NCBI RefSeq assembly: GCF_006345805.1
Contig: NC_043001.1
Span: forward strand, 127,906,001 to 127,970,000
Source of the DNA: Octopus sinensis
Lineage: Eukaryota
DNA length: 64,000 nucleotides
Direction: 5' to 3'
Numbering within the stretch: position 1 is the stretch's first letter; every line of letters starts with the position of its first letter. The notes under the pieces are model-generated. The model was not told the DNA's origin and did no database searches. It was given only the letters and a program-made list of their open reading frames with translations. The position numbers and the translations under genes are program-made. Below, piece after piece: positions 13,026-26,653 of this stretch.

Positions 13026-13744
13026 AATTTCTTTACAACTTCAACCACTGTTCTTTCATCTTTATATAATGGCAATCAACAAAGAACCAGTCCTTACTAT
13101 CCGATTACGACTCCGACATTCCATACTATTGTTTACAAATTAAGTTTCAACCGTTGCAGAAATAAACTTCTACCGTTGGTAACTCAACCGTTGCACTAAT
13201 TAATTCCAACCGTTACATACTGCTCTATAACTTAGAATATGCCTTTTCAGATTAACTGAATTATTTCATTACGAATTGCAGTAAGTTTCTACCTTACAAT
13301 CTTGTTGTGCTAATTAATTTGACAAGTTGGTTAAGATATTGCACTTCGTAAGATTTGGTGAAATAATCAGGCACTAGAATTCAGTATATAACAGCAAATA
13401 TATATGTTATTCGGCTGTAAAGTTACACAAGTGAATCAGGAGCCTAGAGTTTCGTCGCAGCCCTTAGTGTTATAAACAAAACTCTCAGCTCTTGAGTTCG
13501 TTATATAACTTTACAGCTGAATAATCCTTCCTCTCTCTCTTTTCCTCTCTACCCAGACTGATGACTGGGGGCTTCGAAAGTCCCGTCCGTGTTTTTTGTG
13601 TTGTCTTCTAAATGTTTCACGTTCTTGTCCCAGTTTGTATATTTTTTTACTTTTACATATCTATCTATGAATATATATATTGGTAAAACGGTAAGATAAC
13701 AAAAGAAAGAAAGAGACCTCAATATTATGTAAATAGAGGAAATT

Positions 13745-13855
13745 TATCTATACAATAATATGTTACATTACTCGATAGTCAAGATAAAACTCTGAGTTTG
13801 AAACTCAGAGTTTTATCTTGACTATTGAGTAATGTAACATATTATTGTATAGATA
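13745..13855. repeat. Palindrome, 55-bp arms, 1-nt centre
   Basis: 13745-13799 vs 13801-13855, one mismatch. Confidence 0.95.
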
Positions 13856-13912
13856 TGAATATATATATGTATATTTATGAATGTATCTATCAGTGTATAT
13901 GTAGTATGTATG

Positions 13913-13943
<31 letters not shown>

Positions 13944-14094
13944 GTATGTATGTATGTATGTGTGTGTGTATGTATGTATGTGTATGTGTGTGTGTGTATG
14001 TATGTGTGTGTGTGTGTGTGTATGTATGTTGCATTTAAGAAAGAGAAAGAGTAGAGCGAGGTATGATTGGCAAAATATAGTAATCACGTGATTA

Positions 14095-14166
14095 CATCAG
14101 CTGCTGAAGAAAATGCAATAATAAACTCCAGTGAGTAAAAACAAATATAAAAATAAGGTGTTATCT

Positions 14167-14219
<53 letters not shown>

Positions 14220-14340
14220 GGTAATGGTGGTGGCGGTGGTGGTGTTAGTAGTAGTAGTAGTAGTAGTAGTGGTAGTAGTCGCAGCAGCAGCAGCAGCTGT
14301 GGTGATAACAGCAGTGGTTATATAACAGCAGCAGCTGAAA

Positions 14341-14378
<38 letters not shown>

Positions 14379-14520
14379 ACTTAGCTGAAACAATAATAAT
14401 AGCAACGATTCAGGATTTTAACCACGACGACGACGACGACAACGACAACATATCGTCATCATTACAACCTTCACTATCACCGCCTCTACCACCACCACCT
14501 CCACCTCCAACTCCACCTCC
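14095..14520. repeat. Compound trinucleotide repeats (GTA/GTG/GCA/CGA/CCA)
   Basis: Read directly; just upstream of the IDH1 start. Confidence 0.95.
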
Positions 14521-14584
14521 ATCAACATCGTCATCGATACGTATTAATTACAAAGATTGTAAAGTACATCCAGTGAATTGTGGT

Positions 14585-14590
14585 TCAGTT
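14585..14590 (+). promoter_or_regulatory. Possible initiator (TCAGTT) about 117 nt upstream of the IDH1 ATG
   Basis: Matches the invertebrate Inr TCAKTY; CATCGATA (DRE-like) at 14532. The motif is short, and an upstream non-coding exon cannot be excluded. Confidence 0.3.
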
Positions 14591-14703
14591 CAATTCAATC
14601 GCATAGAATAGGCGGTGGCTGATAAAAAGTTAACTTATACAAACAGTGGAAGAAGGAATTGGCATTTGACACTTATTACTGCAAGATCAACAACGCTGTC
14701 AAG

Positions 14704-14719
14704 ATGACAAAAATCAAAG
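14704..14719 (+). CDS. IDH1: IDH1 coding exon 1 (MTKIK-G, 16 nt)
   Basis: AAGATG ACA AAA ATC AAA G|gtaaat. The phase-1 junction restores GGPVVEMQGD, matching human MSKKISGGSVVEMQGD. Confidence 0.85.
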
Positions 14720-14723
14720 GTAA

Positions 14724-15190
<467 letters not shown>

Positions 15191-15608
15191 AGTGTGTATA
15201 TCACTGCTAGTATAACGTATACATTGTGTACATTCCTGCTTTGACTGATATGTTTATGTGTGTGTGTGAGTCTGTGTGCGTGCGTGGTATCTTTTGTGTA
15301 AATTGCTTGGCGAATCTATCATTTGGTAAAAACTTTTATTTTTTAATAAAAAGAGTCCATGTTATAGCCATATGTAATGGATAAATATATATAATGGACA
15401 TGTTTACATTATCCATTTTATATTTACTTTTGGTTTTAAAATATTCTTATGAATGATATATTGCACACGCACGCGCGCGCACACACATTTATGTGTGTGT
15501 GTATGTATATATATATATATATAAAGTTAATTAAGGGTAGAAATTGATATTTATCAATTAAAACCAGTGGTCTAGCATATTAAAAAAGAATCCGAAGATT
15601 AAAATATT

Positions 15609-15823
15609 TATATATACCAATTAAGGACTGAACACAAAAAGTGGACAGTCAACATGCTAGATATAGACGTCAAATCGCCATTCTCCACAAAAGATTATGT
15701 TCTCAAATCAAACTCAGTTTTGTGCTGAGTTTGATTTGAGAACATAATCTTTTGTGGAGAATGGCGATTTGACGTCTATATCTAGCATGTTGACTGTCCA
15801 CTTTTCGTGTTCAGTCCTTAATT

Positions 15824-15833
<10 letters not shown>
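15609..15833. repeat. Palindrome, about 109-bp arms, 7-nt loop
   Basis: 15609-15717 vs 15725-15833, one mismatch. Confidence 0.95.
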
Positions 15834-15880
<47 letters not shown>

Positions 15881-16048
15881 GTAAACGCACACACGCTCAA
15901 AATCTATTTTTGACGCTTTACTATAATTAGCAGACGTCTCAAATAGTGTGTGTTATAACAAATGAATATTATAAAAACCACGATTTATGTTTATCATTTT
16001 CCAAATTTCTTTTCCGGCTTTTCATTATTCCCTATTTTTTTTTTTTAG

Positions 16049-16088
16049 GTGGTCCGGTGGTGGAGATGCAAGGTGACGAAATGACCAG
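16049..16088 (+). CDS. IDH1: IDH1 coding exon 2 (GGPVVEMQGDEMTR)
   Basis: T-rich tract + ag|GTGGTCCG...ATGACCAG|gtttgt; phase 1-2. Confidence 0.96.
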
Positions 16089-16372
16089 GTTTGTGATTAA
16101 CAACCACCCAACATCCGTGCGTGTGTGTGTGTGTTTGTGCGTCTGCAGGCAGGACAATATAATTTTTTTATATATATACCTTTGCTTGTCTTGTGTGCAT
16201 AAGTGTATATGAGTGCGTGTCAGTTTATTTAGTGAACGTTTGTTTTAACCGCACACACACACACACACACACACAGGGTGTGTATATTAAAAATCCTAAA
16301 ATCCTTAGTGTACATATAAGTGTATGTACATAAGTGTATGTAAATTTATTTGGTGAACGTTTGTTTTAACCG

Positions 16373-16410
<38 letters not shown>

Positions 16411-16837
16411 GTGTGTATATTAAAAAATCCTAAAATCCTGCTGGGGGCGTGCCACGATCTGTCTGTGTGTGTATGTACTTTTGTACATGTCATTTTATGA
16501 GTGCTTGTACTAACGAGTGTCATTTTGTATGGTTATATATTGTTCGTGAATATGTGTATATCCTAATGATTTACACACCCGTCCGTCTTAAGTGCCACGT
16601 TCTGTCTCCTACCTGTCCGTCTGGCTATATTTCTCCTTACAATCCCTTTGTCTGTCCTCGTTTGTGCCCTCTATGTTTAGCCCCTTGTGGGTAGTAAAGA
16701 AATATATATTTCTCCTTACACCCTTTCTCTGTGTGTGTGTGTTTTCTGTGTTTACTTTCTATCTCATTCGCACTTCAGTGTCCCACCCGTTCTCTCTGTA
16801 ATTCATACATTTTTTTTGCACTCTTATTCTTTCCATT

Positions 16838-16877
<40 letters not shown>

Positions 16878-17909
16878 TACTCTCTCTCTCAATCGAGAAT
16901 GTAAAAAAGGAGAAAGCAAAATCTTCAGTGTGAGTATGTGGTTTGTGGGGTCAACCGCGTCCTCCGCTTCATTTTTTTGTTATTCACTCATTCTCATTTA
17001 ATTGTTTGTTTATTCATACGTTTCGTCTCATTCGATACCCTGACCCCAACGTTTGTTTTGTCCCCTCTTTTTCTCAACCTTATGGTGAATAAAGAAATAC
17101 TCTCTCTCTCTCCCCTCCCCCTCTCTCTCTTTCTCTCTCTCACACACACATACTATAAGTGCCTTTTTGCTAAAGATACGAAGGTATTCAATACAAAAAA
17201 CTCCGAGTAGCGACTCAGCTTCGAATAAATGTTATTTCATTCTACCTTACAGTACTGACCAGTTTCATCCCACTATGATAACTCTCTACTGAGATAAAAT
17301 TGGTCAGTCTTTGGGAAGAGTTTCACACACATCGTGCGCTTGCTTATATGTATAAACATGGGTATTTTACATACAGATAAAAATCATCTCTTGAGGCCAG
17401 AAATTACTTGAGATTGAACCTTTAACAATCATTAACCTATAAAGCTCAAATGTGTACTGCTCCCATAGCCGGGATAATACTGTTGCTACACAATCAGAAA
17501 TCCTCGAGAATATCCAAAAGGAAAAAAGTTGCTCATACGCCAACGTCTGGTTTACAGATGAGCAGTGTCCTCTCTCTCTGCCCCTTCAGAGCTGCTTCAG
17601 TGGCTTCTACTCCGAGGAGCTAGATATTATCGTGAGGTTGGCTTGGTTTTGTGCAATTTGGAGCTGATAAATCATCAGCATCATCATCGTTTAACGTCCG
17701 CTTTCCATTCTTTCATGAGTTGGACAGTTTGACATGGAGCAGGGAGCTATCCAGACTACAGCTGTCTGGTGAGGCATGGTTTCAACGGCTGGATGCCCTT
17801 CCTAACGTGCACTACTTAAGAGAGTGTGCTGGGTACTTTTTACATGTCACCAACACAGGTATGTTTGTGCAGCACCAGCATGGGTGCTTTTTAAGTGGTA
17901 CCTGAAGAC

Positions 17910-17940
<31 letters not shown>

Positions 17941-18015
17941 CTTTATTTAAAGCAGCAGAAAATTCAACAAAACCTGTAACAGGTTTTGTTGAATTTTCTG
18001 CTGCTTTAAATAAAG
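17941..18015. repeat. Perfect palindrome, 37-bp arms, 1-nt centre (second copy at about 18369-18442)
   Basis: CTTTATTTAAAGCAGC...AACCTGT-A-ACAGGTT...AAATAAAG. Confidence 0.95.
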
Positions 18016-18335
18016 CATATCACTCTACCACTGGTATTTGAGTACTCTTTTTTCCACCTTGTTTCACATTTATGTGTTTACTATACTCCGGTATATATAT
18101 ATGTATATATATCATCATCATCATCATCATCGTTTAACGTCCGTTTTCTGCGCTAGCACGGGTTGGACGGTTCGACCGGGGTCTGGGAAGCCAGGGGCTG
18201 CACCAGGCTCCAGTCTGATCTGGCAGTGTTTCTACAGTTGGATGCCCTTCCTAACGCCAACCACTCCACGAGTGTAGTGAGTGCTTTTTATGTGCCACCT
18301 GCACAGGTGCCATATATATATATATAATATATATA

Positions 18336-18368
<33 letters not shown>

Positions 18369-18730
18369 CTTATTTAAAGCAGCAGAAAATTCAACAAAAC
18401 CTGTAACAGGTTTTGTTGAATTTTCTGCTGCTTTAAATAAAGCATATCACTCTACCACTGGTATTTGAGTACTCTTTTTTCCACCTTGTTTCACATTTAT
18501 GTGTTTACTCTGGTATATATATATATGTATATATATATCATCATCATCATCATCGTTTAACGTCCGTTTTCTGCGCTAGCACGGGTTGGACGGTTCGACC
18601 GGGGTCTGGGAAGCCAGGGGCTGCACCAGGCTCCAGTCTGATCTGGCAGTGTTTCTACAGCTGGATGCCCTTCCTAACGCCAACCACTCCACGAGTGTAG
18701 TGAGTGCTTTTTATGTGCCACCTGCACAGG

Positions 18731-18788
<58 letters not shown>

Positions 18789-19152
18789 ATAAATACATGC
18801 ATGTACACACATATTATATATATACATGAAGATATATTTTGTTGGCTGCATGAATAATAACTGAAGCATACTTACAAACATTTAACTGAAATATTTATTG
18901 CTGAACTATAAAGGTATTGGTGTTGGCTGTTTACAATAAATGATGTAAATATTTGCTGACTGGGTGAGAGAAGAAAGTGCTGCGTCAGCAGAAGTAACTA
19001 ATAAGACATTGTGTGAATGTCCAGTGATATATCACTAGTCTCAATGCATTTTGCATCATTTTAGCTTTCAAATGATGCCATCCTGCTGACTAGGCAAACA
19101 AGCCAACATTCCTCCTGATTGGAAGGATACTCCATTGCATGGTTACCCTTAA

Positions 19153-19373
19153 CCCTTTTGATACCAACCTGCCTGAAACCACCTCGTGTTCTATGACATA
19201 GACTTACTGTTTTAAAGTACTCTAAATTGTAATCGTTTATTAAAATCTTATGCTAATTTCCAGACCCCAGGTTAATGATAAGAAAGTTATTTTATTATTA
19301 AATTCTTCATTATTTTAAAAGTTAATTGAAACAAAGCTAACTTATGTTAAACTGAAATATGGTAACAAAAGTG
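19153..19373. mobile_element. piggyBac-type MITE family 2 (about 221 bp, TTAA TSD)
   Basis: ttaa|CCCTTTTGATACC...GGTAACAAAAGTG|ttaa; relatives at 49061-49280 and 36501-37241 (interrupted). Confidence 0.8.
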
Positions 19374-19454
19374 TTAACAACTGAGGTGGACTGAATTAAC
19401 TTGAAATGATGTGTTTTGCTCAAGAGCAGGGCATGCCGTTCTGTCTGGAAATCG

Positions 19455-19600
19455 AACCCATGTTCTAGCAATTATTAGTGCAACACCCTAACCACTAAAT
19501 CACATGGCTTCACATGGTTTTATATATATATATAAAAGCATGTGAAGCCATGTGATTTAGTGGTTAGGGTGTTGCACTAATAATTGCTAGAACATGGGTT
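19455..19600. repeat. 146-bp palindrome of a SINE-D head centred on (AT)6
   Basis: 62-bp arms plus a self-complementary centre; a single G/G mismatch. Confidence 0.95.
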
Positions 19601-19629
19601 AGAACATGTGATCTCTTGAGCACCACCAG

Positions 19630-19822
19630 CTCAAATATTTTCTCCTCTGTCTTCCCTCCTTGGGATCTTTCCTTCTCCTTGTTTCCGACGAAGAGCTCCG
19701 CTCGAAACGTTAAACCCTCCTTCCCTTCTTTCCTGAGCGTCAATAATACTTTAATTGTTCCACGTCCTGCATTGCTGTGTTTTTTTCTCTTTTTTTCTGT
19801 GTTTTCTTGTTTGGATTAACTT

Positions 19823-19840
<18 letters not shown>
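19630..19840 (+). mobile_element. Penelope-like terminal-repeat fragment (second copy about 52040-52215)
   Basis: Both copies share GAAGAGCTCCGCTCGAAACGTTAAACCCTCC, a hammerhead-like core typical of PLE pseudo-LTRs. This copy ends in (TA)n. Confidence 0.55.
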
Positions 19841-19855
<15 letters not shown>

Positions 19856-20943
19856 TTATACTAAAATCAATAGAAATTAGCTGCAGCTGTTTTTCTATGT
19901 TAGAGAATGTAGAACTGCTGTCACTCATTAATTTCTCTCTTGTCAACTTTAGCTTGAAGAAGGACTCTGTTGAAAATGTTGGATTTTCCACTCCTCATAG
20001 CAAATTCACTATACTCTTTTTTATTGATTTTATTAAATACAAATCTTGCTGATACAGATCACCTGCAGTCATTTTGGTTTCTGTATGATTGTAAATATGT
20101 ATATATGTACATACACACACACACACACATACACACACAAGATCTTAAGATGTTGAGTCTCACACATTTGATGACCAGTGACTTGTTGACGATTTGCTGT
20201 GCTTGAGAAGGTCCATCACGCTTAGTGAAATTATAGTTGTAGCCTGGTGACATGTAAAAGGCACCTGTGCAGGTGATATGTAGATGGCACTGGTGCCAGT
20301 GACACGATAAATTTACCTGTGCTGGTGACATGTTAAAAGCACCTGGTACACTCTGAGGAGTTTTTGGCTTTTGGAAGGGCATCCAGCCATAGAAGCTGAA
20401 CCAAAACAGACTGGAGCCTGGTGTAGCTCTCTGGCTTACCAGTTCCAGTCAAACCGTCTAACTCATGCCGGCATGGAAAACGAATCCTAAGTGATGATGA
20501 TGATGATGATATATATATATTCATATATAATAGAGAGAGAGAGAGAGAGAGAGGAAGAGCGAGCTAATGAAGATAATTATATAATTTCTTGTTTCCTTGT
20601 CATTTATTTAATTTTTTATTATGTTCTGTACTTGGTTAAGGCTTCTTTCTGAAGCTTATATCTGTTGAGTTCTAATACCAGGTTATTAGTATCACTATGA
20701 TTGATCAAAATATTAAAATATGTATGTATGTATGTATGTATGTATACTCTTTACTCTTTTACTTGTTTCAATCGTCTGACTGTGGCCATGCTGGAGCACC
20801 GCCTTTAGTCGAGCAACTCGACCCCGGGACTTATTCTTTTGTAAGCCCAGTACTTATTCTATCGGTCTCTTTTGCCGAACCACTAAGTAACAGGGACATA
20901 AACACACCAGCATCGGTTGTCAAGCAATGCTAGGGGGACAAAT

Positions 20944-20988
<45 letters not shown>

Positions 20989-21850
20989 TACAATGGGCTT
21001 TTTTCAGTTTCAGTCTACCAAATCCACTCACAAGGCTTTGGTCGGCCTGAAGCTATAGTAGAAAACACTTGCCCAAGGTGCCACGCAGTGGGACTGAACC
21101 CGGAACCATGTGGTTGGTAAACAAGCTACTTACCACACAGCCACTCTTGCGCCTATGTATGTATGTATGTATGTATGTATGTATGTATGTATGTATGTAT
21201 GTATGTATGTATGGATGGATGGATGGATAGATGGATGGCTGGATGGATGCATGTATGTTGAGAAAACAGAAAATATATTCAACATTAATGCTTAAAGGTA
21301 AGTTAAAGTTATTTTTTCGAGTCATGCTGACTCATAAGGGCTGATTTTCCAGTTTCATGGCGTTTAGATTCCCCAACTGGACAGTACTTATTTTTGCCAG
21401 CTGAGTGGACTGGAGCAATGTGAAATGAAGTGTTTTGCCCAAGAAACACAACATGTTGCCCAGTCCAGGAATCGAAACTACAATCTTCTGATCATGAGTC
21501 CAGTACCCTAACCACTAAGTTACATGTCTCCACCATGCTTTATATGATGTACACATGTTTCATGAAATTGGCAGAGAGTAATTATGTGAGCAATAAAACC
21601 CATTTAAGTGAACAAAAACTGTCAGTCCTATTCACTGGCATTAATCAGCAAAAATACAATATGAAAAAAAACTGAAATTTTCATATAAACATGTGTGCAA
21701 ATAAGAACAGCAGGATTAATATCTGATGATAGAGTAGAAGTGGAAGGAAGGGAGCAGGTAAAAGAGTATTAGAGAGAGACTACTTATGGTTTTTGATAGG
21801 ATATTAAAAAACTGTTGCCCTTTGAACCCTAAGTTATTGATTGCTCTTAA

Positions 21851-22022
21851 CCCCTTACCCGGCAGAAACGAATATATGCGTTTTGACCGAAATCGTTTTT
21901 TTCTATCTCTGGCGAGTTAACTCGTCAAAAGATAGACTCGCCAAAATCTGTCTGAATTAAAACAATTAAAAAATATGTCTGAAAAAATACATTTATTTTC
22001 AAAATAATTGTTGGGTAAGGGG
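21851..22022. mobile_element. TTAA-flanked MITE family 3
   Basis: ttaa|CCCCTTACCC...GGGTAAGGGG|ttaa. Confidence 0.8.
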
Positions 22023-22294
22023 TTAAATCTGGATGGAGCTAATGGGGCCTTTGCTTCTCTGCAGTGGTGCCCAGTTCAAGCATTTGCATAATTCAGAGAT
22101 ATACATAATTACTTGAACAACTTATAGTTTTTTTCTTATTTATATTTTCATTTCAAATCATTGGTTTGTTCTGTTTGACAAGTATATTGGTATAAATTTG
22201 TAGTTCATTGCTCTATTTCTCCCTTAATTAAAACCAAACAATATATATGTGTGTGCATATACATAATACATACATACATACATACATACATACA

Positions 22295-22326
<32 letters not shown>

Positions 22327-23615
22327 CAGGGTGTGATGCTTAAATTGTCGTCATTTTATATTTTTAATTCTGTACACACACATTGCCTCTTTTTTAATTT
22401 TGTCAATTACACAGTATAGTAGGATCAGTTGGGCACTGTCTGTGAGAAAAACAGTACCATAACACAATTTCCTCTTCCAAAAATTTTGAAACGCCATACT
22501 GTACTGCTTGGCATTCGCAGCAGTAGCTCCAATAGGAACATTTCAGAGTGTTTGGGTGTCAATCTGAGGACAGTGCAGAGTGTTTGGAAAGATTTGAATG
22601 AGTCTAATGGTGATTATGAAGGTATGGCAGCTCAGAAAACTCACTCTAATCATTCTGATAAGAAAAGAGCTCCTGAATTTGTTGGTGAGATCCAGGCCAT
22701 GATTGACAACGATCCCTCCAAGTCAATGAGGTCCATTGCCAGGGATATGGGAGTGTCCGAGTTTCTTATCAGGCAGGTAGTGCATGAAGACATTTGGTAT
22801 TCCTCATACAAGATGAGAAAGGATCAATTTTTATCCCAAGCCATCAAGGACAAGAGGAAAGACTGCACTACAAAGCTTTTGAACAAACTCAAGCATCCCC
22901 TCCAACTGAGTGTGCTTTAATTTTTCTTAGATAAGAAAAATTTCTTCCAGGATCAGATGGTGAACACACAGAACAACCGTTGGCTTGCTGTGTCCCCCAA
23001 ACATGTACCGAGAATGATAAAAATCAAATGAAGTGTCAACATCATGTTGTTTGGAGTGATTACTAGTGATGGTGACATTATGCTTCCATTCATCTTCCCA
23101 CACGGCCTCAGGCTCAACACAGAGGCCTACGTCAAGTGCCTGGGTCATGAGTGGGGGCTGCTGGAAGACCCTATGTCTGGCAACAGGACTCTGAACCATG
23201 TCACACAAGCAGGAGAACCCAATCTTGGCTGTCACACAATTTCTGTGACCACATCACCCCTAACATCTGGCTACCTAATTCCTCAGACTGCAAACCCCTT
23301 GATTATTATTATGTGTGGGGTGCAGTTGAGCAAGAGACAAACAAAACTCCTTGTGACACCAAAGATGAACTGAAGGCAAGGATTATGGCAGCATTCACCA
23401 ACTTAAACAAGGAGACTGTCCAGAAGAGTTACTGGAGATTCCAAAGTTGTCCGGAGGCCGTGGTTGAAGCCAATGGCAATTTTATTGAAGAAATTTACTC
23501 TTTAGTATTTTTAAAAAATTTTATGTAATTTTGGTAAATATATCTGTTAAAATGAGATGTCAGTGTCATTTTCATTTTTATATAATTCAGATTACAATTT
23601 ATGCACTGCACCCTG
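22327..23615 (+). mobile_element. Near full-length degenerate maT (DD37D) transposon
   Basis: Imperfect TIRs CAGGGTG...TAAATTGT after a TA. QQDSEPCH...WLPNSSDCKPLDY with 37-aa D-D spacing. Frameshifted across ORFs 22429-22920, 23044-23373 and 23151-23528. Confidence 0.9.
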
Positions 23616-26600
23616 TGTGTGTGTGTATGAATGGAAAAGCATTGTCATTTAAATGTAATCAATTTCTTATGTGTGTGTGTGTGTGTGTGCACAGAGAGAC
23701 ACAAAAAGGGAAACAGTTAGGTAGAAAAATAAATTGTTAGTTATGTATGTCAAGAGAAAAGGAATGAAATACGTATGAGAATGAGAGAAACTCACACAGT
23801 GATAAGAGAAATGCTCTAATTATCATGAAGTTAAATTTTCTTGTGACAAGTTATAAAAAGGTTCAGCCAGAACTATGACAACAGCAGCGATAGTAATAAT
23901 GATGATATTTCTAATATAGGCACTAGGCCTGAAATTTGAGTAGTGGTGTGGTGGAAAACCTTAATCAATTCTATTGACCTCAGCACTTGACTGGTACTTT
24001 ATTTTATCAACTACTTTATTTTATCGACCTCAGAATATTGAAATGCAAAACTGACCTCAATAGTATTAGAACTTAGAATGTAAAGAGCTAAAAGAAATGC
24101 CAATAAGCATTTTGAGTTCTATCCTAATGAGTCTATGAGCTCAATAATGATAATCCTTTCCACTTAGCCACAAGACCAGATAGGTACAAGCCCTGATTGG
24201 CATAAGACCTGATAGGCACAAGGGCTGAAGTTTTGGGGGAAGGGATCAATCAATTACATCACCCTCAGCACTCAAATAGTACTTATTTTATTGACTCTGA
24301 AAGGATGAAAGGCAAAGTTAACCTTGGTGAAATTTGAACTCAGAACATAAAACTGGAAGGAATGCTGCCAAGCATTTTGTCTGTTAATCTAACAATTTGA
24401 TGAGCTCAATAATCATAATAATAACAACTCTCATTTTCATTTTATATTCACTTTCTATGTCAGCATGGATTGGACTGGTCATTGCTATTCAAATTAGTTT
24501 TTATTTAGAGTTGTTATCCTCGTAGGGGAGTCAGGAACCACACCACACCACATTCATACATACCATTTTTGACATGGTGCTATAGTTATACATCCTTTCC
24601 TACACCAACCACATAGTGTGAGGAAGGACATATATATCCAAGCATTTGATGTAAGTCAGTGCATTTGAAGTGATTTGGTGCATTTGATCATGTACCATCA
24701 TTAAAGGGATTGCTCTTGTTCTTGACAGTCCTGAAGAGTTCTCTTTACCCTTTACTATCTTTGTTCATCTACCAACCACTCAATAGTGTGTATTGGGTGT
24801 ACTTTAATTGAACTCAAATTAATCAGACTCAAATTGCTGACAGCTAAAAATTTTGCTCAAGAACAATATGCCACAGTCTTATAAAGATCTGGCATATTTA
24901 CATTAAATGTTGACAAATTATTGTCAAATTATCAGTCCAATGGATATGACACAATATTTGTTTACCTAGTTTTGTCAGTTCATGGCAGTACTGTTTCAAA
25001 TATCAGCAGCATATCAGATAATTGGCTTCTGTTCTAGTAACCACATTACTTTTTCTTCTTTCTCTCACTCTGAAACTAAGGGCAAAGCTGGGAATATTTG
25101 ACTCTACAATCCTCCTGACAAATGAATTTATTGAAATCTCCTTATTTTTATAAATGAATTGTTATAGTTTACCTTCTTGTTAGGTCTGAGCAAGGTTACC
25201 TACTATCAAAGGTATTTCATCCACACTCATTAAAACTTTTCTTCAGTCATTGTGTATCAAGGGCTACATTATCCAATGTGTTCTTGCTTTTAAGATGCTG
25301 GCGTGTCAGTATGTATGAATGTGTACCCACCAATTTCTTTTCACGTTAAATTCCAATATCCACCTTCTCCTCAAGTTATGACCTATGTGACTTATGACCA
25401 TCCATACTTATGACCACAAAAAAGAAAGGAATAAAAAAACATTTCCTTATTTTCTCCAGCTGTTGCACATACAAAGACTATGGCAGTATCTAGCAATGCA
25501 GGCCTTCCTCAGACCCAGGTATCCATTGCCTGCCACTGTCTCTCATTCAGTCACTTTCAAACATCAGTTGCATTTGAATGAAAATAGTGTTGAAAAATAT
25601 AAATCTGACATACAACCAGATGGACTTACGACCTGCCAGTCGGAACAGAACTTGGTCATAAGTTGAGGAGGTGTAATTGAAATGTACACCATCTGAAAGG
25701 TATTTGTAGAAAATTTCATTAAAAATTACCCATTTTCTGCAAGTTTTGAAGAATCAAAATCAACTTGTGTGAATCATCTGAAACTACTCTCCCCACCTCT
25801 GAAAAAGTTTTACCCACAAGTTCTGATATAATTGTAATCTACACCATCTGAAAGGTGTTTGTAGAACATTAAAAAAAATGTTCATTTTTCTGGAATTCAC
25901 GAGGAAACAAAGTTAGGTTGAGGGCATACTTGCATAGGTATGCCCTCATTATAATTTGAAGGAGATTTAGTTGATATTTCTGGTTCAACATTCCCATCTG
26001 GTCTTTGAGTCTCTACTGGAGTCCACTCTTTGATTGCCTTTACGGGAGTTCACTCCGAATTCAGGTTAGCTCTGGGTCAACTTCTTCCTTTCCTTCCACC
26101 ATTCTCAAAGGCTCTAAAAATACAGTTAGTCATGGATACTGCTCTTCCCATGACCAAATGATTAAAAACTCTATGGATGAGAAACTGCATAGAGGCTCCA
26201 TCATTGGCCTGTTCATAACTGATTTCATACTAAAGATAGCAAAATGGCAGAAGTGTCATCAGAGGAGGAATGTATCTAGTACCAGTCATATACTGGATTG
26301 AATGAATCATGTGTTGTGACTATAGTTTTGATCACGTGACTTTGATTGTCTCGATTGCTGTTATTTGCCTGCAGTGCAACTGCGCAGAGTTCTGTTCTGT
26401 TTACGGCACAACGTGTTCAGTGTTAGTTTTTAGTTAGTCGAGAGACTGTAGCAACTCACTGCATAAAACTCTTATTACGTTGAAGTTTAGTTTTGCTTAC
26501 AATTTAACAATCTTTGTTTGTATTGTAGATTACTGTATTTTCAGTTGATTAAAACCTTTTAAACTTAGATAATCCAGTTTGGGTTTATAACATCATGTAT

Positions 26601-26653
26601 ATTCAATGCTAACAAACATGTGAGCTTGAGTCAATGTAAGAAATTATTGTATA

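Noticed and set aside
13558-13600. Second hammerhead (CTGATGA + GGGGCTT-CGA-AAGTCCC hairpin)
   Set aside because: The required GAAA after stem II is absent; at best a deleted relic.
14620-14703. In-frame N-terminal extension of IDH1 (ORF track starts at TTG 14659), possible mitochondrial presequence
   Set aside because: There is no upstream ATG, in-frame TGA/TAA lie at 14620-14625, and the peptide is not Arg-rich or amphipathic. It would need an unseen upstream exon.
16224-16439. Small tandem duplication after exon 2; also a 35-bp repeat at 31284/31340
   Set aside because: Ordinary slippage next to CA repeats; no exon sequence is duplicated.
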